A stretch of 32,000 nucleotides of DNA from Massilicoli timonensis (GTDB taxonomy: Bacteria > Bacillota_I > Bacilli_A > Erysipelotrichales > Erysipelotrichaceae), in NCBI RefSeq assembly GCF_900199515.1, contig NZ_LT963434.1:663272-695271 (forward strand), given 5' to 3'. The translations under genes and the position numbers were made by a program. Positions 18,878-26,498 of the stretch are shown one piece after another (the stretch's first letter is position 1; every line of letters begins with the position of its first letter). The notes beneath the pieces are model-generated. The model was given only the letters and a program-made list of their open reading frames with translations, ran no database searches and had not been told where the DNA came from.

Positions 18878-19637
18878 GTTTCACACCTCCGTTTGCCTGT
18901 TTTGCTTCTTTTTCATGATTAAAATAATCTAACAGTGCAAGTGCCAACCCGATCAGTGCAACCGGCAGAATGTTGCCGAAACTGATGAAGCAGGCGCTCA
19001 CAAAACCGATGATCAGATATGCGATAAACTCTTTTTTGAGCAAGATCGAAAGTAACATACAGAAACCTACTGCCGGCAGCACGCCTCCTGCAACGCTTAA
19101 CCCATTCATGAGCGGCTGCGGGAATGCGGCTACAATATCGGAAATCAGATCCTGCGCTGCATACGTACATAAGAATGTAACTACCGCAAAGCATAGACCG
19201 GTAATCGCCAAAGTGCCGATATGCATTAAGACAAGTCCTCTTACATTGCCTTTTGCCGCCATTTCATCAGCCGGCTTCATAAAGAATGCAAAAGCGGCGC
19301 CTTTGATCGTACCTAGGTACTGCATCAAAAAGGAAAACGGCAATGCCAGCGGAAATGCTTCTTCCGGGGAAATATCTTGTGTTACTGCCAGAAATACGGT
19401 CATGATCCCGGCAATCGTACCATTCGGCACAGAGGCTCCGCCAGCCGGCGTCAATCCCGCAAATGCCAGCTCCACTAATCCTCCCGCAATTACACCGGTT
19501 TCAATATCCCCTAAAATAATACCGGTAAAAGTTGCCACCATGATCGGACGCATGACGAAAAAAGCTTCCATCAAATCATCAAAGCCGACAAGAAAGGCCA
19601 TTAACGCAAGCAATAACCCTTGTGTAAGTGTAATCAT
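18867..19637 (-). CDS. PTS mannose-family EIIC component
   Basis: 256 aa polytopic protein. It sits between IIB and IID and overlaps IID by 11 nt. The ALMAFLVGFDD...RPIMVATFTGIILGD motif is typical of IIC-Man. Confidence 0.9.
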   Translation of the reverse strand: MITLTQGLLLALMAFLVGFDDLMEAFFVMRPIMVATFTGIILGDIETGVIAGGLVELAFAGLTPAGGASVPNGTIAGIMTVFLAVTQDISPEEAFPLALPFSFLMQYLGTIKGAAFAFFMKPADEMAAKGNVRGLVLMHIGTLAITGLCFAVVTFLCTYAAQDLISDIVAAFPQPLMNGLSVAGGVLPAVGFCMLLSILLKKEFIAYLIIGFVSACFISFGNILPVALIGLALALLDYFNHEKEAKQANGGVKRGI

Positions 19638-19650
19638 ATCTTTTCCTCCT

Positions 19651-20124
19651 TTATTTTAGTGCTTCTTCTAGTTTCCCGGGAATTTCCTGGATATAGACAC
19701 GCACGCCTTTCTCTTGCATGGCATGCAGGTTTTCCATGTCTTCATCATCTACGAAGACTTTTTGACTGATCTGTCTTTTCCCTTCACTGAAATGCATATT
19801 GCCGACATTGACCTGTTCGATCGGCACATTGTTATCAATCAAAGCACGCATTTCTTTCGGGGTCTTGGTAATGATGAAGATCTTTTGTTCCGGAGCAGCG
19901 TTCCATATGAGATCGATCGTATCCTGAATGCTGAAAAAACGGATATCGGCGCTTGATGTCATAGCGACCATTTCCATGATTTCCTGCTGAATCTCATTTT
20001 GCGCAACCTCATCATCGGCAACGATGATCAAATTGGCACCTAGATAATTGGTCCATGAAACGCCTACCTGCCCATGCACGAGGCGATTGTCAATTCTTCC
20101 TAATAAAATATTTGGTTTTTCCAT
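19651..20124 (-). CDS. PTS mannose-family EIIB component
   Basis: PNILLGRIDNRLVHGQVGVSWTNYLGANLIIVADDEVA contains the conserved phospho-His context. The start is moved to ATG 20124, downstream of AAGGAGG. Confidence 0.85.
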   Translation of the reverse strand: MEKPNILLGRIDNRLVHGQVGVSWTNYLGANLIIVADDEVAQNEIQQEIMEMVAMTSSADIRFFSIQDTIDLIWNAAPEQKIFIITKTPKEMRALIDNNVPIEQVNVGNMHFSEGKRQISQKVFVDDEDMENLHAMQEKGVRVYIQEIPGKLEEALK

Positions 20125-20146
20125 AATCCCGTTGTCCTCCTTCTGT

Positions 20147-20545
20147 TTATGATACATTCCAGTAGCGGATGTCTTGTTTGGCAGTTGTCAGGACGTATTC
20201 GATATAACTTTCGATATCAGTATCCATCTTTGTGGATAAAAGGGTAAACAGCATCATAAGATTGACGCCGGTCAGCAAATGGACGTTTTCTTTTCCTTTG
20301 GAAACATGTACGGCAATCTGGGTGCTGCTGGATAAACCGAAATCGGTCGCAAGAAAGTAGGTATGCTTTTGATCGATAATGGCGTTGATCTGTGCTTCCA
20401 CATGATCCAGTGTTTCGTTTTCACTGATCTCGAAGTAGTGAAATGATGACAGATCGGCGACAAAGTATCCTAAGGTTTCATACAGTCCTTTGCCTACCCC
20501 TTTATGGGTAATCAAGACAACTTGTTTTTCATCCAACTGTTTCAT
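20147..20545 (-). CDS. Second, divergent PTS mannose-family EIIA-like protein
   Basis: VVLITHKGVGKGLYETL has the His context and ...FLATDFGLSSSTQ...LLTGVNLMML follows the EIIA-Man fold pattern. It overlaps the upstream gene by 4 nt. Confidence 0.6.
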   Translation of the reverse strand: MKQLDEKQVVLITHKGVGKGLYETLGYFVADLSSFHYFEISENETLDHVEAQINAIIDQKHTYFLATDFGLSSSTQIAVHVSKGKENVHLLTGVNLMMLFTLLSTKMDTDIESYIEYVLTTAKQDIRYWNVS

Positions 20546-21030
20546 ATCTGTCTGCTTTCGCTGATTTGCAAATCCTGAAAATGGATCTTTGGGTGTTCCG
20601 GTATTTCTTGGAAATAAATTTCAATGGTTCGGCTGAGTTCTTTACAGATCGCAAGATCTGCTTCATTTAGAAAAATAGCCGGTGAAATTTCAATCTTGGC
20701 ATTGCGGGAACGCAGACCGCCGATATTGAGCGATGTGAAAAAGGAAAACGCTTCGAGCAGCGGCAGGGCATCGACAATTTTTTTGACGACGACTAAAATG
20801 CGGCGCTCGCTTTCACTGCTTTCTCTCAAATAGGCGATGGCGTCGGGAATGTCTTGAATGATGATTTGGACGTTGCGCGGTTTGGCAAGGCGCAATGACA
20901 TCATGGTAAATTCGTCATTGACGGCGTTCTCATTGGCAATCAGAATGGTGTCTGTTTTTAGGTAGCTTGTCCATGAGATAGACAATTTGCCATGAAGCAG
21001 GCGATCATCCACTCTCAGAATCGCACGCAT
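20542..21030 (-). CDS. Second, divergent PTS mannose-family EIIB-like protein (first gene of the operon)
   Basis: MRAILRVDDRLLHGKLSISWTSYLKTDTILIANENAVND parallels the IIB motif of the downstream copy. Start at ATG 21030, after AGGAGGAGGTG. Confidence 0.7.
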   Translation of the reverse strand: MRAILRVDDRLLHGKLSISWTSYLKTDTILIANENAVNDEFTMMSLRLAKPRNVQIIIQDIPDAIAYLRESSESERRILVVVKKIVDALPLLEAFSFFTSLNIGGLRSRNAKIEISPAIFLNEADLAICKELSRTIEIYFQEIPEHPKIHFQDLQISESRQI

Positions 21031-21064
21031 GCATTCACCTCCTCCTTTCTGTTTTTCTGATTTC

Positions 21065-21123
21065 ATTATATAGAAGGGGGAAGAAAAACTGAATATAGAA
21101 AAACTTCACTATTGATAGTGAAG
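21065..21123 (-). promoter_or_regulatory. Putative PTS operon promoter with an upstream perfect dyad (candidate binding site for the PRD regulator)
   Basis: On the minus strand, TATAAT (21065-21070) is paired with a poor -35 (TTCAGT). The dyad CTTCACTAT-CA-ATAGTGAAG (21104-21123) is centred roughly 55 nt upstream of the expected start site. Confidence 0.35.
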
Positions 21124-21363
21124 TGAAGTTGGAAAAGAAGAGATTGAAAAGGATTTTATGTGCCGATGAATGAGAATCTTAGCGAATTGATGGAATGGGT
21201 GAGAAAAAGGATAATACAAAAAGAGTTGTCGATAAGATTTTGTGAAATGTGATTTGATTATCTTGATTTTTCATGAGTTTCAGCGTATTATATCAAATGG
21301 GTCTGCTTTCTCTGCTTTTTCAAATCATTTTTATTTTGAAAAGAGATCGACAGATGTAGAAAT

Positions 21364-21452
21364 GGAGATGTACTCAAGAGGCCGAAGAGGTCGCACTCGA
21401 AATGCGATAGGTCCGCAAGGGCGCGTGGGTTCGACTCCCACCATCTCCGCCA
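21364..21452 (+). tRNA. tRNA-Ser (anticodon CGA)
   Basis: Acceptor GGAGATG/CATCTCC, anticodon stem TCGCA/TGCGA with loop CTCGAAA, a long variable arm, T-loop TTCGACT and an encoded CCA. Length 89 nt. Confidence 0.9.
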
Positions 21453-21700
21453 TTTGGTAATTGATCGAACTTTGTTTATACTTTTATCGGGGATCAAACA
21501 GAGCTCGTTTTTTTATTTGTTGCAGAGTTTATCTCATTGAATGGAGCTTATGATCAAACAAGCAAGTGCAGTCTAGCATCCCTTCTTATCTCTGGTTCCA
21601 AAAAGTTCATATATCTGAATAAAATAACCGAAAAGATTGATGAAAGGTAATAGACGGCCATAAAACACTTATAATGTGATTTTATTATATAGTCTCCTAA

Positions 21701-21790
21701 ATAACACTTAAAGTAGTCTTTTCTGTGTTCTTTAATTAAATGAAATTTTAATTCAACGATACAGCCACATAAATACACTTTAAGTGTTAT
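21701..21790. repeat. Perfect 14-nt inverted repeat ATAACACTTAAAGT separated by 62 nt, with a third degenerate copy upstream
   Basis: ATAACACTTAAAGT at 21701-21714 and its exact reverse complement at 21777-21790. A related AAACACTTATAA lies at about 21663-21674. All are in non-coding DNA about 250 nt after the tRNA. Confidence 0.6.
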
Positions 21791-22015
21791 AAATACAAAC
21801 TATTCCCCCATTCGCAAGATATTATCTGCTTTATTTAAGAAGGGCAACAAACCTGCTTGGAAATCTTTGCCAGTTTTCTTATCTCATAATGCTGACTAAA
21901 AATAAGTTGAACCGTTTTACTTGCTAATACTAACAAAACAGTTCACAAAAAGTAGCAGCATCTCTAGGTAAATTTCAATTCTTTATAAAAAACATCACCT
22001 ATCAAATGAATTAAC

Positions 22016-22060
22016 ATATAAAAACAGTTATGTTTAGAAATATACTAAGCCATAACTGTT
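22016..22060 (-). terminator. Probable terminator of the dinJ-yafQ operon
   Basis: Arms aacagttatg / cataactgtt with an 18-nt loop. A T-rich run follows on the minus strand, 3 nt after the yafQ stop. Confidence 0.5.
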
Positions 22061-22062
22061 TC

Positions 22063-22341
22063 TTACTTAAACAAATTAGCATGGCTGCATACACGATAAA
22101 GTATTAAAACCAAAACATTTGCAATTACTTCATACACAAGCAACCAATCAGGTTCCACATGGCATTCGCGACACCCTTTGTAATTCCCACCTAAATCATG
22201 ATCGCGATATTTTTCTTCCAAAGACTTCCCATTCGCTAACTGTTCAATAACAGAAAAAAGTTGATCAATGTCCTTCCCTTGCTTTTTGGCAAGCTTCAAA
22301 TCCTCTTTGAATTGAGTTGTAAATCGAATTTCATATTTCAT
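22063..22341 (-). CDS. yafQ: Type II toxin, YafQ/RelE-family mRNA interferase
   Basis: FKEDLKLAKKQGKDIDQL...RDHDLGGNYKGCRECHVEPDWLLVYEV...LVLILYRVCSHANLF matches the YafQ family pattern. It overlaps the antitoxin gene by 4 nt (ATGA). Confidence 0.85.
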   Translation of the reverse strand: MKYEIRFTTQFKEDLKLAKKQGKDIDQLFSVIEQLANGKSLEEKYRDHDLGGNYKGCRECHVEPDWLLVYEVIANVLVLILYRVCSHANLFK

Positions 22342-22610
22342 ACTTCTAACGCAGCCCTTAAATCAGAGATAGAAGAATAACCCGTTGCATTTTTATCATA
22401 TGCTAAAGTTCTTCCCTCTGTAATAGCAGCGATAGTCATTTCATTTGGAATATTTAACTTTAATTCAAAAGGTATGCCTTTCTCACGGATTGCTTGCCTT
22501 AAAAAGATATTTACAGCAGTAGTCATATTGATTCCTAATGCATCAAAGATCTCTTCAGCTTGCATTTTAATTTCTTTATCAACGCGGATATTCAAATTTG
22601 TAGACGCCAT
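22338..22610 (-). CDS. dinJ: Type II antitoxin, RelB/DinJ family
   Basis: TNLNIRVDKEIKMQAEEIFDALGINMTTAVNIFLRQAIREKGIPFEL is a typical DinJ ribbon-helix-helix N-terminus. SD is GGAGGTG. Confidence 0.85.
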   Translation of the reverse strand: MASTNLNIRVDKEIKMQAEEIFDALGINMTTAVNIFLRQAIREKGIPFELKLNIPNEMTIAAITEGRTLAYDKNATGYSSISDLRAALEV

Positions 22611-22639
22611 AGTAACACCTCCACTTTTATTATATATAA

Positions 22640-22669
22640 ATTATAGCACTTTTATATGTGCAATATCAA
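22640..22669 (-). promoter_or_regulatory. Putative dinJ-yafQ promoter with embedded dyad (autoregulation site candidate)
   Basis: Minus strand: TTGATA, 18 nt, TATAAT. The spacer contains GCAC-atataaaa-GTGC. Confidence 0.5.
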
Positions 22670-23221
22670 CATAATGCACGCATTATGCCAGTGTTTTTAT
22701 CATTCTAAAACATTTCTGATACATTATTATAAATCAGCCATTTGGAAGCCGATCGCCCAATGATAGATCCTCTATCGTAAAATTCTAGAAGTAATATCAT
22801 TTTTCTTCAATTCTTTTCTAAAATTATTAAATATGATATAAATCCAGATATTTTGCGAAAAATAATTCATAACTTTATCCTAGTTACATTTGACCGTACT
22901 TTCTTATCGCTTGTCCTTTTCATTTCATAAATTTTCAGTATCCTTGCTCTCAATTTCAAATTCTAAAAAACTTCTTTATCAAATGATGATAGTTTTTACA
23001 ATTCTATTTATCTGTTAGAAAAAAGCATCGGATGACAACAGTTTCTCCGCAGTATATTGCTATCATTCTTTTTTACTAGGAAAGCATATTTTTTGTACAC
23101 AGTAGAAATTATAAAAGTCAATTCTATGTTTTGATTTCTAATGTTGCGAACTTCATAACGCTTTAACATCGATAAAATATGTCATGCTTTATATGTTATA
23201 ATCAAATTGTGAGGAGGACGT

Positions 23222-24118
23222 ATGAAAGAAAGCAGATTGTTTCGAATTTTATACTATATTCTAGAAAACGGACGTACGAGTGCTCCTGTGTTGGCTAAGC
23301 AATTTGAAGTTTCTGTACGGACGATCTATCGAGATATTGATGTCATCAGCAGCGCCGGTATTCCGATTTATGTAACACCAGGCAGAAACGGCGGTGTTCA
23401 GATCCATAAAAACTATATTTTGAATCGAGCGATGCTCACCGACAAGGAAAAACAAGAAATTCTTTCTGCCCTACAAAGCACTTCTCTTGTCAATGCGTTG
23501 CAGGAAAATGCGACTTTGACCAAATTATCCGCATTATTTCAACAGCCATCTGATAACTGGTTTGAAGTCGATTTCTCCAGATGGGGCATCAAATCGCAGG
23601 ATGATACATCTTTTTCCTTATTGAAAAAAGCTATTTTATCTCATCATGCAGTAAAAATCGTTTATGTCAATACAAACGGTCAAAAGACGGAACGGACGAT
23701 CTACCCTCTTAAAATGGTATTTAAGACGAGACAATGGTATCTGAAAGCTTTTTGTGTAAATAAAAATGACTTCCGCCTATTTAAGATGAGTCGTATGCTC
23801 AAACTACACTTATTGAGTGAAACATTTGCGCCAATGGAATATCCAAATCCTATAGATGATCTTCAAAAAACATATCCAAAAACAGTACTCCTTTTCCCAA
23901 AAGAGATGGCATATCGCGTTTATGATGAATTTGAGGCAACTGAAATCAAAGAAAAAGAAAACGGATCTTTGCTGGTGTCAGTGGAAATGCCACAAGATAA
24001 CTGGCTCATCGGATATCTGCTTTCTTTCGGTTCAACAGTAGAAATTTTAGAGCCTTCTTGGCTGCGTAAGGCCTTAGCAATAGAAGCAGAAAAAATATAT
24101 AATAAAAATATATCCTGA
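23222..24118 (+). CDS. WYL-domain transcriptional regulator (HTH-WYL-WCX; YafY/BrxR/CapW-like architecture)
   Basis: N-terminal HTH: RLFRILYYILENGRTSAPVLAKQFEVSVRTIYRDIDVISSAGIPIY...GRNGGVQI. Central WYL segment: ERTIYPLKMVFKTRQWYLKAFC...FRLFKMSRM. The C-terminal extension ends VEILEPSWLR. Confidence 0.85.
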   Translation: MKESRLFRILYYILENGRTSAPVLAKQFEVSVRTIYRDIDVISSAGIPIYVTPGRNGGVQIHKNYILNRAMLTDKEKQEILSALQSTSLVNALQENATLTKLSALFQQPSDNWFEVDFSRWGIKSQDDTSFSLLKKAILSHHAVKIVYVNTNGQKTERTIYPLKMVFKTRQWYLKAFCVNKNDFRLFKMSRMLKLHLLSETFAPMEYPNPIDDLQKTYPKTVLLFPKEMAYRVYDEFEATEIKEKENGSLLVSVEMPQDNWLIGYLLSFGSTVEILEPSWLRKALAIEAEKIYNKNIS

Positions 24119-24148
24119 CACAGGGTGTCAAGATTCCCTTGCTATAAT
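24116..24148 (+). promoter_or_regulatory. Dyad plus extended -10 promoter candidate in front of the GNAT/radical-SAM pair
   Basis: TGACAC-agg-GTGTCA (24116-24130) overlaps the WYL stop codon. TGCTATAAT (24140-24148) is an extended -10. No good -35 is present. Confidence 0.35.
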
Positions 24149-24179
24149 AGGATTGTGAATGAAATAGGGAGGGCTATTT

Positions 24180-24944
24180 ATGAGCGAAGCATTTATCACG
24201 ATCTCTGGTAATCTGTTGGAACAAGAACACTTATGTTGTGCAATGACAGATAAAAAACACCAGCCCGGTGTTACAGCTAAGAAAAAATGGCTGGCTGATC
24301 GTATTGCAGAAGGCCATATTTTCCGCAAGCTGGATGTAAATGGGAAAGTATTTATTGAATATGCACCATTAGAGACAGCTTGGGTGCCAATCCAAGGGAA
24401 GAGTTATTTGTACATCTACTGTCTTTGGGTAAGCGGATCTTTCAAAGGGAAAGGGTATGGAAAAGCACTGATGGAATCCTGTATTCTAGATGCAAAGAAA
24501 AAAGGAAAATCCGGTATCTGTGTTCTTAGTTCAAAAAAGAAAAAGCCGTTTTTAGCGGACAAGCAATTTTTTCTAAAATTTGGTTTCACGGTAGCAGATG
24601 CAATCAATGAAGAGTATGAATTGCTTGCTTTATCTTTTAGCGGAGAAATGCCTTCTTTTTCTGCTGCGGCCAAGACCATGGAAATTGCGGAAAAAGAATT
24701 GACGATTTATTATAGTGTCCAATGTCCTTGTGTTGTAGACTGTATCAAACAAGTGCGGACATATTGCGGCAAAAATAACATACCTCTTCATCTATTCGCG
24801 GTTGATACTTTAGAAAAAGCGAAAAATCTGCCTTGTGTTTTCAATAATTGGGCGGTTTTTTATAATGGGTGTTTTAAGACACATCATCTGCTTAATGAGA
24901 CATATTTGAAGAAATATGCACTCGCTCATGTAAAGGAGAAATGA
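24180..24944 (+). CDS. GNAT family N-acetyltransferase with YoaP-like C-terminal domain
   Basis: Acetyl-CoA-binding-type motif: LWVSGSFKGKGYGKALMESCILDAKKKG. The Cys-containing C-terminal domain (YYSVQCPCVVDCIKQV...PCVFNNWAVFYNG) is as I recall for B. subtilis YoaP-like proteins. Confidence 0.7.
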   Translation: MSEAFITISGNLLEQEHLCCAMTDKKHQPGVTAKKKWLADRIAEGHIFRKLDVNGKVFIEYAPLETAWVPIQGKSYLYIYCLWVSGSFKGKGYGKALMESCILDAKKKGKSGICVLSSKKKKPFLADKQFFLKFGFTVADAINEEYELLALSFSGEMPSFSAAAKTMEIAEKELTIYYSVQCPCVVDCIKQVRTYCGKNNIPLHLFAVDTLEKAKNLPCVFNNWAVFYNGCFKTHHLLNETYLKKYALAHVKEK

Positions 24945-24946
24945 TC

Positions 24947-25819
24947 ATGCATTTTGTAAAAGCAAAAGGAATATTATCTGCTGCAAACGGGATGAACCTA
25001 TATAGAGGCTGTACGCATGGCTGCATCTACTGTGATTCCAGAAGCAAGTGCTATCACATGGAGCATGCATTTGAGGATGTTGAGGTTAAGGAAAATGCAA
25101 TTCTATTATTGGAACAGGCACTTAAAAGCAAGCGTAGAAAGTGTATGCTAGGAACCGGTGCAATGAGTGATCCTTATCAGCCGATTGAACAGGATCTCGG
25201 TTATACGCGTAAAGCGCTGGAGCTGGCAGGGCGTTATGGATTTGGTTTTACATTATTAACGAAATCTGATCGGGTCTTGCAGGATCTGGATTTATTGAAA
25301 GCGATCAATGAAAAAACAAAATGTGTTGTACAAATGACCCTTACTACTTATGATGATAATTTATGCCGTAAACTTGAGCCTCATGTATGTCCGACAAGTG
25401 AGCGCATCGCTGTTTTGAAACAGTTAAGGGATGAGGGGATCCCAACAGTTGTGTGGCTTTGTCCGATCCTTCCTTTTATCAATGATACGGTGGAAAATAT
25501 CAAGGGGATATTACATGCCTGCATTGATGCAAAAGTATATGGGATCATTTGTTTTGGGATGGGGCTTACCTTACGCGAAGGGAATCGTGAGTATTTTTAT
25601 GAGCAACTGGATTGCTTGTTTCCCCATATGAAGGAAAGATATATTAACACTTATAGTATGCTTTATGAGGTGGACAGTCCGAAAGAAGCAGAGCTGATGC
25701 AGTTATTTCATCAGCTTTGTGAGGAAAACGGTATTGTCCATGATAACCGAGAAATATTCACTTATCTATCAACTTTCGAGACGAAAGAGTATGCTGTTCA
25801 GTTGAAGTTGTTTGAATGA
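24947..25819 (+). CDS. Radical SAM protein, SPL/COG1533-like family
   Basis: The CxxxCxxC cluster motif sits in LYRGCTHGCIYCDSR near the N-terminus. About 290 aa. ATG 24947 is preferred (AAGGAG plus 8 nt); ATG 24941 overlaps the GNAT stop. Confidence 0.8.
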   Translation: MHFVKAKGILSAANGMNLYRGCTHGCIYCDSRSKCYHMEHAFEDVEVKENAILLLEQALKSKRRKCMLGTGAMSDPYQPIEQDLGYTRKALELAGRYGFGFTLLTKSDRVLQDLDLLKAINEKTKCVVQMTLTTYDDNLCRKLEPHVCPTSERIAVLKQLRDEGIPTVVWLCPILPFINDTVENIKGILHACIDAKVYGIICFGMGLTLREGNREYFYEQLDCLFPHMKERYINTYSMLYEVDSPKEAELMQLFHQLCEENGIVHDNREIFTYLSTFETKEYAVQLKLFE

Positions 25820-25849
25820 ATGATAAAGGAATTTATAGTTTAGACGTAG

Positions 25850-26165
25850 TCAGGAAATAAAATCTTTTTTAGCAGCTACTGTTGAGTCATAATCAACACT
25901 TGTAGCAAATATCTCGAGTATCTGTCTATAAAATGCTTTTTCAGATGCACGAATATCACAAATCCTTTCAAGTAATTCTTTGAAGTATCATCTATCACCT
26001 AATTCTTTCAAACGATCATTATCAAGCACAAATCCTTTTTTCAAATATTCTTTGATAATATTATTTACCCATATTCTAAACTGCACTCCTCTTTTGATTT
26101 ATATGATAACCAACAGAGATAATCACATCAAGATTGTAATAATCAACTCGAAAAGTTTTTTTCAT
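25850..26165 (-). pseudogene. Decayed RhuM-family (virulence-associated) gene fragment
   Basis: My own minus-strand translation gives three pieces. The first is MKKTFRVDYYNLDVIISVGYHINQKRSAV*. After a frame change comes VQFRIWVNNIIKEYLKKGFVLDNDRLKELGDR*. Then comes YFKELLERICDIRASEKAFYRQILEIFATSVDYDSTVAAKKDFIS*. These are co-linear with conserved RhuM blocks (YYNLD.IISVGY, QFRIW, ELLERI.DIR.SE..FY, ATS.DYD). The gene is interrupted and truncated at both ends. Confidence 0.7.
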
Positions 26166-26181
26166 TAGAAGTAGTTGTTGC

Positions 26182-26208
26182 AAAAAACGTAATAACTGCC
26201 TTTTACGT
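26182..26208 (-). terminator. Small terminator downstream of the 28-codon ORF
   Basis: Minus strand: ACGTAA-aaggcagtta-TTACGT followed by TTTTTG. Confidence 0.4.
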
Positions 26209-26296
26209 ATGCTATACCCGGCACACATAAAAAGTAACTACACACTTCTCAACTATACTAGTGATTTGTACAAATACTTTTTGAGCTTCCATTTCA

Positions 26297-26383
26297 TCAG
26301 TTTTTGTAGAAAATAATTAATGAAATAGAAAAGCCACTAGCAACAATAACGATTGGTAAATGTTTTGGTTCGATACCTTTCAT
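26297..26383 (-). CDS. Unannotated 28-aa hydrophobic peptide (MKGIEPKHLPIVIVASGFSISLIIFYKN)
   Basis: It is below the ORF-track cutoff. It has a strong SD (AAAGGAGG, 7 nt, ATG), its own consensus-like promoter and a downstream hairpin. A single predicted TM helix follows a charged N-terminus. Confidence 0.45.
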   Translation of the reverse strand: MKGIEPKHLPIVIVASGFSISLIIFYKN

Positions 26384-26434
26384 AAAACTACCTCCTTTCT
26401 GTAGAGTCTACAATTGAAAGTAAATAGTTTTAAG

Positions 26435-26464
26435 ATTATATACTATTCTATTTCCCAAAATCAA
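26435..26464 (-). promoter_or_regulatory. Putative sigma-A promoter of the 28-codon ORF
   Basis: Minus strand: TTGATT, 18 nt, TATAAT, about 50 nt upstream of the ATG. Confidence 0.5.
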
Positions 26465-26498
26465 CATTTTTTCAAATCCGGGAAATACATCCGCAAAA

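Noticed and set aside
18970-19659. 229-aa ORF on the + strand
   Set aside because: It is entirely antisense to the PTS IIC gene, whose membrane-protein identity and operon context are strong. The reverse frame of a hydrophobic gene often stays open. The same reasoning applies to 10898..11476 (+), which is mostly antisense to the thioesterase gene. It also applies to the many 60-150 aa ORFs antisense to pflB, the GTPase-NYN gene, the PRD regulator and the MATE genes.
21104-21123. The perfect dyad followed by T5 on the minus strand as a rho-independent terminator
   Set aside because: With only 2 central unpaired nt the hairpin loop would be too small. No minus-strand gene ends upstream of it, because yafQ has its own terminator about 900 nt away. 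A protein-binding dyad upstream of the PTS promoter fits better, though even that is low confidence.
21242-21497. ORFs of 72 aa (+) and 69 aa (-) in the ORF track
   Set aside because: Both overlap the clearly folded tRNA-Ser(CGA) at 21364-21452. Neither has an RBS or recognisable motifs, so they are artefacts of six-frame translation.
22670-23221. A roughly 550-nt AT-rich gap between the TA module and the WYL gene, examined for a pseudogene, ncRNA or repeat array
   Set aside because: My translations of both strands gave only short stop-riddled frames with no recognisable motifs. I saw no tandem or CRISPR-like repeats. Beyond the two promoters at its ends, I cannot support any feature here.
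24947-25819. The radical SAM gene as the missing pyruvate formate-lyase activase (pflA)
   Set aside because: Its motif context (GCTHGCIYCDSR, about 290 aa) matches the SPL/COG1533-like family I recall rather than PflA. It is also 18 kb away, in foreign-looking DNA, and coupled to a GNAT gene.
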